Below are positions 12,094 to 23,963 of a DNA stretch of 36,671 bases, in pieces (positions within the stretch are counted from its first letter, which is position 1; every line of letters starts with the position of its first letter). Both the position numbers and the translations under genes were made by a program. The stretch is from Octopus bimaculoides. Taxonomy: Eukaryota. The stretch lies in assembly GCF_001194135.2 (NCBI RefSeq), contig NC_068991.1, forward strand, positions 64,324,945-64,361,615, read 5' to 3'. The notes below the pieces were generated by a model, which was given only the letters and a program-made list of their open reading frames with translations, did no database searches and was not told where the DNA came from.

Positions 12094-12304
12094 ATATAAA
12101 TCTCTCTGGAAGGAAATGTGGATTTCTGACCCATGGGTAACCTTCGACGTTTTCTCTCCAAGAAATTTTTTGTAACCAAATTATTATACACTATTATATC
12201 TGGNNNNNNNNNNNNNNNNNNNNNNNNNNNNNNNNNNNNNNNNNNNNNNNNNNNNNNNNNNNNNNNNNNNNNNNNNNNNNNNNNNNNNNNNNNNNNNNNN
12301 NNNN

Positions 12305-12383
<79 letters not shown>

Positions 12384-12599
12384 AGTGAGTGATTGAGTGA
12401 GTGAATGAGTGAGTGTGTGAACACACAGACACGCACACAGTAGCTTATATATCGTCCCACTCCCCTTCTATGTCTGTGTGTGTTGTATTGCATATACAAC
12501 AGTCTAAATTTAACTTTTTTATCTGGAAACAATGTCTCATGAAGTAATGAACAAAACAAAATTCCGGCTGTAACAAATATCATAGCTTCTCTCTATTAT

Positions 12600-13420
12600 A
12601 AAGGCACATCCACACAATTCGTCCTCAAAATGACACAATGAAGGTCAATTCGATATTCGAATTAGGATCCTTTGTGTTATAAACAATACGAAATTCATAC
12701 TCAATTATGAAACTAAAACTATCATATGCTAGGCATTTTGTCAAACGCTCTCTTGATTTTGTTAAACTGCCACCCGTAAGAGAAAACCAGGACGCAAGGT
12801 TTAAACTTTTGAAGGAATTAAAGCATTTTTGCCAACCCCACAAAGTATGAAAGGCAATACTGGTCGAGGCGAGATTTGAACTTATAAAGTGAAGAGCCGG
12901 AAAAAATACCACGAGGCATTTTAGTCCCGCGTTCTAACTATTCAGTAATTCTGGTTATAATAATCCTATCTAATATAGGCACAAGGCTGGCAGAGGGAGC
13001 AAGTAATTACTTAACTTGTACTTATTTCGTCGTCTCCGAAAAGATGAAAGACAAAGCGACCTCGGTGGGATTTGAACCCAGAATGTAAAGACGGATGAAA
13101 TGCCGAAAAGTATATAATTCGGTGTGCTAAATATTCTGCTGGCTCGCTTCGTTACAATAACGAGAATAATCTTCTATGTAACGTTTAAATTTTCGTATAT
13201 CTGCCCTTGAGGTAAAAACTTATAATGATTACAAATTTTGGTATAAAACGAGCAATTTTGAGAGGTGATATTTTTTATCGATTACATCGCTCGTGTTTGA
13301 TGATTATTTAATCGGCCACGAAATGATGAATGGCATAGCCGACCTCGGTGAGATTTGAACACAGAATGCAGACATGCCGCTGCGCATTTTATTCGACGTG
13401 CCAACGATTCTGCCAGCACG
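12600..13420 (-). mobile_element. Cluster of about four diverged SINE A copies
   Basis: Repeated aaggcaca...gacctcggtg..atttgaa...gattctgccagc motifs on the reverse strand (clearest at 12975-13150 and 13235-13420). Confidence 0.75.
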
Positions 13421-14016
13421 AATCTGATTGTAATAACAATGATTTTGATTATAATAATAACGATAATCTCTTCTGCATCATTTCAATTTTAATATACACG
13501 CCGCCGAGGCAAGAACAAATAATTGTATAATAGAGTTTTAAAATTTTATTGCTATTTATTTATTCATAAGAAAGTTTACATTTAGATTTACTTCTACACA
13601 TTTTAAAATATTATAATTATGTAAGCTAATCTTCCATAGAAAGATCATTGACCGCCCAAACCGAGGAATAAGCATAATTTGGTGATGTTTCTTGGTCCCA
13701 AGGCAGCAATGTTTAAGTAGACCTCTGAGCAAAAGCATTCTTGAAGTTTAGAGATAGCTTATTTCAAAGTATATTATCAAATGTATCTTTCCGCCTTTTT
13801 AAGGTGGTTCAATGTGATATAAGATAGCAAAAGCGTAATAAAAGAAGAATATTCTTATCGTCTGCACGCAAATATCTCTTTTCTAAAAATGAATAAGTTA
13901 CCGAAGAGATGCTCATTTCTTTCTTAACGGTATAAGTTAAAAAAGTTTGAAGCGGAATCTCAACTTAGAAGTTGAGAATATGAACCAATAATCGTTTCTG
14001 ATATAACTACGCCTTA

Positions 14017-14432
14017 AGATGGTGAGCTGGCAGGAATCGGTAGCACGCCGGGTAAAATACATTTTGTCTGTTTTTACGTTATGAGTTCAAATTCTACCAA
14101 AGTCTACTTTACTTTACAGGATCGATAAAATAAGTACCAGCTAAACACTGGGGTCGATGTCATCGATTTAACTCCTCCCCCAATACTGTTGGTCGGCGTT
14201 AAAATTTGAAGCCAATATAACCACAATACCTTAAGGCGGTGGGCTGGCAGAATTGTTGGCTGTCTGGGCAAAATGCATATGGCCGTCTTTACGTTCTGTC
14301 GAAGCTGACTTTGCCTTTTCGAGATCGACTTTGCCTTTCATCGTTTCGCCGTCGATAAAATAAGTACCAGTTGAGCACTGGGATCGATGTCATCGACTTA
14401 CACCTTTCTCCTGAAATTGCAGGTGTTATACC
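14017..14432 (+). mobile_element. Two tandem SINE A copies (14017-14215, 14233-14432)
   Basis: Both start ccttaag(a/g)..gg.g.gctggcag; both have gtcgataaaataagtaccag...ggtcgatgtcatcga; the second has a short duplicated gactttgcctttt segment. Confidence 0.9.
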
Positions 14433-14659
14433 AAAATTTCAAAACAAAATTATCATGATACCAAACCTTTCTTTCACGGAAGGCTGTAGAGTCTTGTAAC
14501 AACTCCAGTGGGAAAATGACTGACATTTTATTTTTGCTACCATTGAAGCATGAAGGGTAAAGTTGCTTTGAACACGGGAAAATCACAAAGTACCACAATG
14601 TATTTATTCCGTTTTGTCAACTCACCAATATAATATTTACCGTTTTTTTTTCATAAGGA

Positions 14660-14830
14660 CCATGCTTCAGATTTGTGGCTAGAGGTATGGACGATATTAT
14701 AAAACTCACTAGTTGACAGATATATCATTTTATAGATCCGGAGAGGCTAAAAAGCAAGGATACCTTTGGTAGGATTTAAGAGCAGAACAGCAAAGGCCAT
14801 ACCTAAAGAGCGCAAAACAATTCTGCTAAT
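14660..14830 (-). mobile_element. Highly diverged SINE A
   Basis: Weak matches to family A motifs (tttgtggctagagg...aaagcaagg.tacctt.gg.aggattt...attctgctaa). Confidence 0.45.
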
Positions 14831-15484
14831 AGCGTAGTTACTACGTTGCTAATATGGATATATATTTATGAAACTTTTCGTTAAAATTTCAAACGAAATT
14901 TTTTAAATAACACATAGTTTTTTCACATAATGACGTTAAAAAAAATTGTATTTTAGCTTACCGTCAAGTTGTTTTACCTTGAGTTGATTGGCCTGAAATA
15001 CAATAAATTAGAATATGGATTAATATTTATTGGTGTTATAAAATATTTCAGTTATAAATCAGTTTAAGGTTAAAACCATGCAGATTTAAAAATCAACATT
15101 CGTTTTATGGTGAGAAAAATATCAGTCTTTTTATTTTCTGTATCGTAAAATAAACGTCAATGGTTGACTCACTGTTGAATAATAGTAACAAAGATCTTAT
15201 TTATTTTTATTCTATTTATTTTAGCTACCCAGAGCGTGTGATTTATGTTGTCCACAACTTTTTCCTATAAACTTTTAAGACGTGTAACCTTGACATATTT
15301 GTTAAAAATAACTATTGAAATAGAAAAGGCTGAGAGTTTTGGGTGTTGTCATTTTGCCATTTTCTGTAGATTTTCTCTTACCGTAATTATTCAATAACAA
15401 AAACCCAAATAGCAAAACTACGTAAATGCTTATGTCACAAGACGTGTTCTCGACATACATTGAATGACTTGGTTCTATATCTGT

Positions 15485-15524
15485 CTGCCTGCCTGCCTGC
15501 CTACGTATCAATCTATCCACGTAT

Positions 15525-15622
<98 letters not shown>

Positions 15623-15639
15623 ACATACACACACACACA

Positions 15640-15670
<31 letters not shown>

Positions 15671-15720
15671 TATATATATATAGCTAGCTAGCTAGCTCGA
15701 TAGATAGATAGATAGATAGA
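15485..15720. repeat. Compound microsatellite containing a perfect 100-bp palindrome (15524-15623)
   Basis: (CTGC)n, t(ATAC)6(AT)25(GTAT)6a, (CA)n, (CT)n, (TAGC)n, (TAGA)n. Confidence 0.95.
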
Positions 15721-16607
15721 AGTGTGAGTCAGTAAACAATGCAAATATAAATTACATCACGTATAATCCACTCTCGTATGTAAACACACCCATACACACT
15801 CACTGACACACGGATACATGTATGCATGTGTGTGTGTGATGACTGGGTGTGTGGGGTGGGGAGAGAATGGGCTAAGAGAAATAATTCAAAGTGGACATTG
15901 GTATGTATTTGAACAAAAAAGACGAATCAGGATATATTACATAATATACACGATGAATTTTTAAATTTTTTCATCTATCTTCGTTTCTGGAGAGAATAGG
16001 CCAATTTCCACTAAGAAATTGGTAGTAACTCCATATGAGAAGGGGAGATAATCTCAAGAATGAAAACTTCTCCAGTTCTTCAAAATTGACATATCGCTTA
16101 TGAAAGACAGTTTTGTTATCTGAAGAGAATAGGGCACTATAGACATGGACATGCTTCATCTTCGTTAGGCGTCATAGGTTCAGCAAGTGTCCTACATTAC
16201 CTTCAACAAACAGAACACTTAAACTTAGATATGTAAATTTGTGGGGGGGGGGGGTTCTCCATTTATTTTAACCCTTTCCGATGTTATTAGAATTAACACG
16301 AAAAACATTTTTTATCGTGGTGATGTTTTTGTTTGTGTAATTCAGCACTTTCTCTACAATTTTTATCTATCGTATTTGAAATTTGAATACGATTTACTTC
16401 TCTCCAAACATATGGCATTAGAGTAACAAGTATTTTTTAAAAAAACGAATGAATTTATCTGACAATTCAATATAAAGAAGAGCATATATATTGTCTCGTT
16501 AGTTTACATAAATGAAAAAGAAAAAGAGCACTCTTTCCTCAATGGAGAGTTATTTTCCATCATATATCCAGGATGCGTCTTGTATATTATTCAATTAAAA
16601 CTCATTC

Positions 16608-16710
16608 AATTCGAGGTCGATAAATTAAATACCAGTTGCGTACTGAGGTCAGTCTAATCGACTGTCTCCTCCCCCAAAATTTCGGGACTTGTGCCTAGAG
16701 GAGAGAATAA
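16608..16710 (+). mobile_element. SINE A 3' part
   Basis: tcgaggtcgataaattaaataccagttgcgtactgaggtc..tctaatcgact..cccccaaaatttcgggacttgtgcctag. Confidence 0.8.
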
Positions 16711-16754
16711 TATAAACTCATTCGTTTTTCAGAGCAAATCTACTTTGGGAAAGT

Positions 16755-17132
16755 GGAGGCTTAAAGGCCCAGTGGTTAGGGCAGCGGACACGCAGTCGTA
16801 GGATCGCGGTTTCGATCCCCAGACCGGGCGTTGTGAGTGTTTATTGAGTGAAAATACCTAAAGTTCCACGAAGCTCCGGCAGGGGGTGTGGCGAAACCGA
16901 CTGCACTCTTTCACCACAGCTTTCTCTTACACTTTCTTCCTGTTTCTGTTATACCTGTATTTCAAAAGGGCCAGCCTTGTCACACTGTGTGTCACACTGA
17001 ATCTCCCCGAGAACTACATTAAGGATACACGTATCTGTTGAGTGCTCAGCCACTTGCACGTTAATTTCACGAGCAGGCCGTACCGTTGATCGGATCAACT
17101 GGATCCCTCGTCGTCGCAACTGACAGAGTGCC
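16755..17132 (+). mobile_element. SINE family B, full length (tRNA-derived)
   Basis: A-box-like ggcccagtgg, B-box-like ggtttcgatcc, body colinear with copies at 20484, 26453 and 31468. Confidence 0.92.
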
Positions 17133-17780
17133 AATATACAAAAAAAATCTTGATGTTCTTATTACACTCTCACACACACACACACACACGCAGAGGCTGC
17201 GTGATTGCACTTTAATGTTCAATGAAATCTCAATGTTCAGCGTTCTTTCAGCTGGAAATAGAGAATAAAGCTAGTTGCTCTTAAAGCGCAATTTTCACAG
17301 AAACCCTAATGTATAAATAATTCTATACTATATTGCAGAATAATGTTGTCATATATATAGTGTGCAGTTTTGAAATATAACCTATAGGGACCACAATAAC
17401 TGCAGATTTCCCAAGCGGTATATACCGATTGTGTGTTGCATAACGAAAATTTAATCAAAATCCCACTATAATTATGTTCGTTATAAGTTAGAATATATTT
17501 AGATAAAAGGACAGCATGTTGAACGTTAAGTTTTTGTAAATTGTGTATCAGAACTTTGAAAAATTAGATTATAATGAAAGAGCTGTGTTCGTTAAGATGG
17601 CCGGGAAGAGAGAAGCAAGTGTCATGCTATTTTAAAATTCACGTACAGTAACAGTAAATAGGTTGCGCGGCAAGGGAACGATGTTTGGAAGCGTTAGAGG
17701 TTTCCTCACAACATTCTGATGTCGTTTACAAAAGGCGTTTTAATTGGCTAGCTGATTGCACCTGACATTTTCCATCTTTA

Positions 17781-17829
<49 letters not shown>

Positions 17830-17906
17830 GAAAAGGAAAAGGAAAAGGATACGTGTGTGTGGGCGCGTATGTGTGTGTGTATGTGAAAAGGAAAATAGAG
17901 ACATAG

Positions 17907-17941
<35 letters not shown>

Positions 17942-19369
17942 ATGAGATGAAGGGACTTTTTCTGGAAAGCTTTCCATTTGCAGAGACACCTAACGAAAGG
18001 GGTGTTGAGGGAAGGGTGTAGGCCAGACAACAACTGACGACAAGGATGAGTAGTTCTGTCATTTTCAAAGCAAAAGACTGGAAACGACGTTGTCTACCAA
18101 GTGGTACATACCACGCATTAAAAACCATTCACAACTATCAACATTAGGGACACTGTGAAGAGTGGTAACGTGTTTCATTAGTAACTAGATGAAAATTTGA
18201 GATGTGTAATTATATCACCATTAAATTAGGTCATTGTTCTATTGAATTTTTTCAGCCCTAAATAGGGCGACAGATCGAGCAATACAATCTGAAATTTAAT
18301 GGGTCACATTCAAAAACTGAAACCAATAAATTCCACTGAAAATCAAAACCGTTCACAAAGAATGGTATGGAAAACATTTTCCTAGATGGCAAATGAATAG
18401 AGAGGAAATATACAAACGGTATTGATCAAAACATCAAACAGGAAATTTATCAAATGATTCCAAGAACGTTTTTCATTCCTCAAACATCAAATGCTGTGTA
18501 TTTATATTTACTGATTAAATGATATCCTTCTTTCTACACTTGAAACACTATGTAAACTTTGAACATGAATTTATATATACTCATTTGAAGAATAATGATT
18601 TTAATTTCATTTCAATGTACAGAGAGCTGCAGATAGCTATGTTGTTGATATGCTGGCATACTCACTGTGCAGTCGATATTTCATTTCCTATCACAAGTTG
18701 CACTTAGTTACTTACTGTCTCAAACTATATATCTGTTAATAGGTACCGGAGACAAATCGAGTTTATTGTTGTTCGATATTACTAATGAGTGTTTTGTCAA
18801 TTATTCTGATAATGTGATTTTGTAGAACTAACTACTTTTTCATTAACGTCATGAGATGAGCTTAATTCCGTCAATATGCAGAGTTTGGAACTGAATAAAT
18901 ACATAAGTTACAACATTATTGTTCCTAAAATAATTATTTCGGTTATTAAACTCGGCTCAATTGTGTTTTCGTTTAGAATACATGTTTACACAACTCATCA
19001 AGAATATATGTTTACACAACTCACTAAAACATCAACTATCTTACTACATTAATACAATTGAGGAAGAGACCTGACTGCAGTTTATTGGAAAGAAAGCGCG
19101 AGAAGGAAATAATAAGTATTATTACAAGGAATGTCGTAAAAGCTAGTCAAAGAACAATATCTAGTATTACGATAGAGATACTAATAATAATGATGATGAT
19201 AATAATATTAAATTCAAATTACGATGCACGTAAACAAACAAACGAAGTTTGCTTTTAGAAGTGTTGAGATGTCTTAGAAAGTTAAATTGATTTTAAATTC
19301 TCAAACGCAGGATAGCCTGAACAGGAAAAACTACCCCTATTTTGCAGAAAAAAGTGTAGGCGGCCAGCA

Positions 19370-19435
<66 letters not shown>

Positions 19436-19787
19436 TGAGCCAAGAATTATCATAGATGTCGCTTTTTCTGCTGATGTGAATATAGTGGTAAAAGAACAAG
19501 AAAACAAAATGAAAATAGAAATACTTAGTAACAGAAATGCGAAGACTGTTGAGAATTTCTGCAAAAGTATTCCCAGTAGTCACAGGTGCTCTGGGTTCCG
19601 TTCCCCCAAAGACTTGGCAATTTCTTTGATGATGATAAGAGTAAGTACGACAAGTGAATTAATACAGAAATCTTTTCCATTAGGAACAGCAATGTTTTTT
19701 TCTCAATCCTTAAGATGTAAGTAAACTATTCGTGACTTGGTATCAAGGACATCGAATCCTACTGTAATACCTTTGTGCATAACATTC
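19436..19787 (+). mobile_element. 5'-truncated R4/Dong-like RLE non-LTR retrotransposon inside an (AAT)n tract
   Basis: Across frameshifts it reads IIDVAFSADVNIVVKEQE / EMRRLLRISAKVFPVVTGALGSVP / DL..ELIQKSFPLGTA, the typical RLE C-terminus; short 3' UTR; (AAT)n at 19371-19435 and 19788-19895. Confidence 0.8.
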
Positions 19788-19806
19788 AATAATAATATTA
19801 TTAATG

Positions 19807-19882
<76 letters not shown>

Positions 19883-20099
19883 TAATAATAATAATGATAC
19901 CTATTTTTATCATTGACCACACGGATTCATCCGCACGACACAAAAATCGCCATACAACAATCGTTATTAAACACGCTGGAATCTACATTATATACATGTA
20001 CACACACGTGCGCGCGAACATATGTATGTAGGTATGTATATGACTATAAAATAGAAATAATTACAAAGAAAAACTAGTTACAAAGTTGGCTGAGGGCAC

Positions 20100-20225
20100 T
20101 CCATAACACTAACGCCCATCTGTTCCGATCACCTGCTAATCGACTGCTTAGAAACTTCGGGTATTCCATCCTGGGTAAGTATATTTTTCGCGAGGGACAT
20201 CCAACCTCTTTTGTTCCCTAATGGC
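20100..20225 (-). mobile_element. Possible decayed RTE LINE C-terminal fragment
   Basis: Translates GTKEVGCPSRK...LAGDRNRWALV, resembling the RTE G.R..GRP...AxDRxxWR end motif. Confidence 0.35.
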
Positions 20226-20483
20226 GTATGGGGTAATTTTCTCCTATTCCTTTTTCAGTAGTAGTTTAAGGATCTTAATCAATATCAATTTTACAAAATG
20301 ATATTAACATGCTGCCGCTAAAAACCTTAAGCCAGATTTTTACTTGCGAAGCAGACACCTTGAAACCGGTTCTTTGGCTCAACTTCCTGAGAAATACGTG
20401 CACCATAAAAATGAAAAATTCAGAAGTTAGATATCTCTACCCAATATGGGATGTAAAAATATTACCTTGTATAGTGAATGCGT

Positions 20484-20791
20484 GTTGGCACTCCGTCGCT
20501 TACGACGTCGAGGGTTCCAGTTGATCCGATCAACGGAACAGCCTGCTCGTGAAATTAACATGCAAGTGGCTGAGCACTTTGAATTACAGGCACAATAGAA
20601 ACAGGAAGTAACAGTGAGAGAAATTGTGGTGAGAGAATACAGCAGGGTTCGTCACCATCCCCTACCGGAGCCTCGTAGAGCTTTAGGTGTTTTCGCCCAA
20701 TAAACACTCACAACACCCGGTCTGGGAATTGAAACCGCAATCCTATGACTGCGAGTCCGCTGCTCTAACCACTGGGCCATTGCGCCTCTAC
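20484..20791 (-). mobile_element. SINE family B with an internal deletion of about 75 bp
   Basis: Colinear with other B copies except gagcact joins directly to ttgaattacagg; flanked by diverged direct repeats tgtatagtgaatgcgt / tgtatagtggatatat. Confidence 0.92.
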
Positions 20792-21156
20792 TGTATAGTG
20801 GATATATGGAGGCAAAAATGCGTGCAGTTTTTCTCTCAAGTGAAGATATCATGATGATAGATTACTGAATAATCTTTGATTTCCAATATTTATATGTATT
20901 TAAATATTATTCTGTTTTTCAGCCAGCAATTAGTGAGGTCATTGAACGTTTTCACTTTTAAGTTTTTACGATTGTACCTGCAGCGTACGCAAAGTGAAAG
21001 AAACTAACTGAATTGGCTTGGAGCTCTATAAATGTTCCACAGTATTTATTGTTATGTATTGGTTTAATGTTGTTTCTTAGCATGCTCTTCTTGGGTATGA
21101 AATCCAATTAATGAGGTAAAAATAAAGTATCAATTACTAGAACCGCAGAGATTTAC

Positions 21157-21489
21157 CAGTAGTTATATTATCGACCAGAGCAATCCAATACATAATCGAC
21201 ACCTATGGGGTTCTAACATAGAATCAATCTAATTTTAACGCCGAAACTTTCATCACCACATGCTTCTTGAGTGCCTTCAGCGATATTGAGTTTGTTACAA
21301 GCATTTAAACCAGAAACTCCATGTTCCAATACTACAATACGTTTCACAGAATAACTTTCATCTGCACATGTGTACACAGGTCGTTCGTTAAACTCACCAC
21401 TCTCTTTAGACTGGGAGTTCATCCAAATGCCATTAGTACTGTTAATAGTATCAGGCTCCGAGCCCAGTGGCTTACCATTTTTACTAGAC
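21157..21489 (-). pseudogene. Candidate 333-bp phase-2/2 exon of an Ig-like extracellular protein, with two in-frame stops
   Basis: ctgtag acceptor, TG|GTAAAT donor, 91 open codons: (W)SSKNGKPL...RPVYTCADESYSVKRIVVLE...EACGDESFG...LC*NPIGVDYVLDCSGR*YNY(W). Confidence 0.4.
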
Positions 21490-21655
21490 CTACAGTCTTA
21501 AAATATAACATATCTTAATATATCTTAAAGTAGCGCTGACAGATAGAATGTCAGGATGGCTAATTAAATGCTTTACAGTACATTACAAATTTATTGTGTC
21601 TTAAATACCTAAATATTAATATAGGTACGCTTGCTTATTTACTTAAGCATTCGCA

Positions 21656-21760
21656 TTGTTTAGAACACGGGCCATCTACGACTTTTCTCCATTGTTTTCG
21701 ATCCTAAGCTGTCTTTTCTATCTCCCACCAGTTGGATCCCTGTTTTTTTTTTTGTTTTTA
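21656..21760 (-). mobile_element. RTE-clade LINE 3' end remnant
   Basis: Translates WWEIEKTA*DRKQWRKVVDGPCSK, matching the RTE C-terminal AQDRxxWRxxVxGLCS motif. Confidence 0.6.
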
Positions 21761-21929
21761 TTTTTGAGAACTGTCTTCGTACTTGCCTCGCTAACGGAAG
21801 ACCTTTCACGCTCAGGTTCCGTTGCCTTGAAAATTACCATCGATGCTTTTTATTAGCTAGGGATGTTGATCATATGCAAACCCATATAAGTCCGACCTCT
21901 GGGGAGAGGTGGTCCATATAAACCCGGCC

Positions 21930-22050
21930 TCTGTTCGTTGGCCTCACCAGTATGGGAGATCCTATCGAGAGCTTGCGCTATATTGACGTAGTTCTAAGGG
22001 TCATAAGGAATAGAAGCCCTAACACTGCAACAAAAAGACTAGACCTTGAG
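21930..22050 (+). mobile_element. Possible RTE-type 5' UTR remnant
   Basis: accagtatgggagatcctatcgagagc...gacgtagttctaagggtcataagg...aagccct resembles RTE 5' UTRs (from recall only). Confidence 0.3.
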
Positions 22051-23153
22051 GCGAGTGTACAATTACTTTTTTAATATACTGTATATAACTGTCAGAAACT
22101 ATAATCACTTTGCAATTTCTTTTATAGCTAGAAACTTTAATTTAACTCATTCACCGAAGCATATATTTCCCCTCTTTTTACTGTATTCTTCGTTGACTCA
22201 TGGTAAAATAGAGAAAATTGAAGTAAATTATTACTGTAAATATCTAAATATAATGTTAAATATTTGATCAGAGAACGGCTGATAAATTTTGTCAAAAATA
22301 CTCGTCGACCGAACGTTATTCCAATAAACAAATTTCCAATATTCCCTTAATTTAACCGCATTTATAACACTGCTAATGTTTGTCGTTTCTGTTGCTGCGT
22401 GGAATGTATACCGCCTTAAGCAATATTATACACTAATTGGCTTCTTACATCGAAACCTACAATTCTATACCTTATTTTTACCCATTAATGCTTCTGAATT
22501 ATATATATNNNNNNNNNNNNNNNNNNNNNNNNNNNNNNNNNNNNNNNNNNNNNNNNNNNNNNNNNNNNNNNNNNNNNNNNNNNNNNNNNNNNNNNNNNNN
22601 NNNNNNNNNNNNNNNNNNNNNNNNNNNNNNNNNNNNNNNNNNNNNNNNNNNNNNNNNNNNNNNNNNNNNNNNNNNNNNNNNNNNNNNNNNNNNNNNNNNN
22701 NNNNNNNNNNNNNNNNNNNNNNNNNNNNNNNNNNNNNNNNNNNNNNNNNNNNNNNNNNNNNNNNNNNNNNNNNNNNNNNNNNNNNNNNNNNNNNNNNNNN
22801 NNNNNNNNNNNNNNNNNNNNNNNNNNNNNNNNNNNNNNNNNNNNNNNNNNNNNNNNNNNNNNNNNNNNNNNNNNNNCAAAGCAAACAACGCAAAATTTGA
22901 ATTTGCAAAAAGTACCAAAAAAATAAAAAAATAAAAAAATAACGGATTCTATTTACAGGATATACATTTTGGAATTGTTATTGTTAAATGTTGTTGTTAT
23001 TTGCTGCTGTTGTTGTAGTTGTTCTTGTTCATAATGATGATGCTACAGCTACTGCTGTTGCTCATGGTGACGATGATAGCCATTTTTACCTTCGAGGGAA
23101 AACCGAAATGCACTTTATATGTGTGGGTTTGCTGTGTGTACGAGTGAATAAAG

Positions 23154-23191
<38 letters not shown>

Positions 23192-23645
23192 NNNNNNNNN
23201 NNNNNNNNNNNNNNNNNNNNNNNNNNNNNNNNNNNNNNNNNNNNNNNNNNNNNNNNNNNNNNNNNNNNNNNNNNNNNNNNNNNNNNNNNNNNNNNNNNNN
23301 NNNNNNNNNNNNNNNNNNNNNNNNNNNNNNNNNNNNNNNNNNNNNNNNNNNNNNNNNNNNNNNNNNNNNNNNNNNNNNNNNNNNNNNNNNNNNNNNNNNN
23401 NNNNNNNNNNNNNNNNNNNNNNNNNNNNNNNNNNNNNNNNNNNNNNNNNNNNNNNNNNNNNNNNNNNNNNNNNNNNNNNNNNNNNNNNNNNNNNNNNNNN
23501 NNNNNNNNNNNNNNNNNNNNNNNNNNNNNNNNNNNNNNNNNNNNNNNNNNNNNNNNNNNNNNNNNNNNNNNNNNNNNNNNNNNNNNNNNNNNNNNNNNNN
23601 NNNNNNNNNNNNNNNNNNNNNNNNNNNNNNNNNNNNNNNNNNNNN

Positions 23646-23680
<35 letters not shown>

Positions 23681-23789
23681 CGCACAAAGCATTTTATTTT
23701 CCAGATTATAAAGTGGGTTTGGCTTACAGTTATAAATTCTTTACGCTGACAAAACCTGAAGGCTTTTCGTATGATGTTAGATGATTAAT

Positions 23790-23930
23790 GTCTATCTTTT
23801 ATATCGATTTGTGGTGGGGCAAATATAAGATATCACCATCATCGGCATCATCAAGAGCAACAGCAAACTCATCACCATCACCACAAAACGCAGTACCACC
23901 ACCATAAGAGGCAGCATGTCGTAAATCATC

Positions 23931-23963
<33 letters not shown>

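Noticed and set aside
12100-12203. PDIIVYNN next to a gap, resembling an RLE PD motif
   Set aside because: The downstream IIDVA and E.K motifs are absent
16755-16830. tRNA-like sequence with A and B boxes
   Set aside because: It continues into a 380-bp repeated body, so it is a SINE head rather than a tRNA gene; the same holds for the other heads
18345-18520. Plus frame FTKNGMENIFLDGK*IERKYTNGIDQ...
   Set aside because: Internal stop, no splice context, no homology recognised
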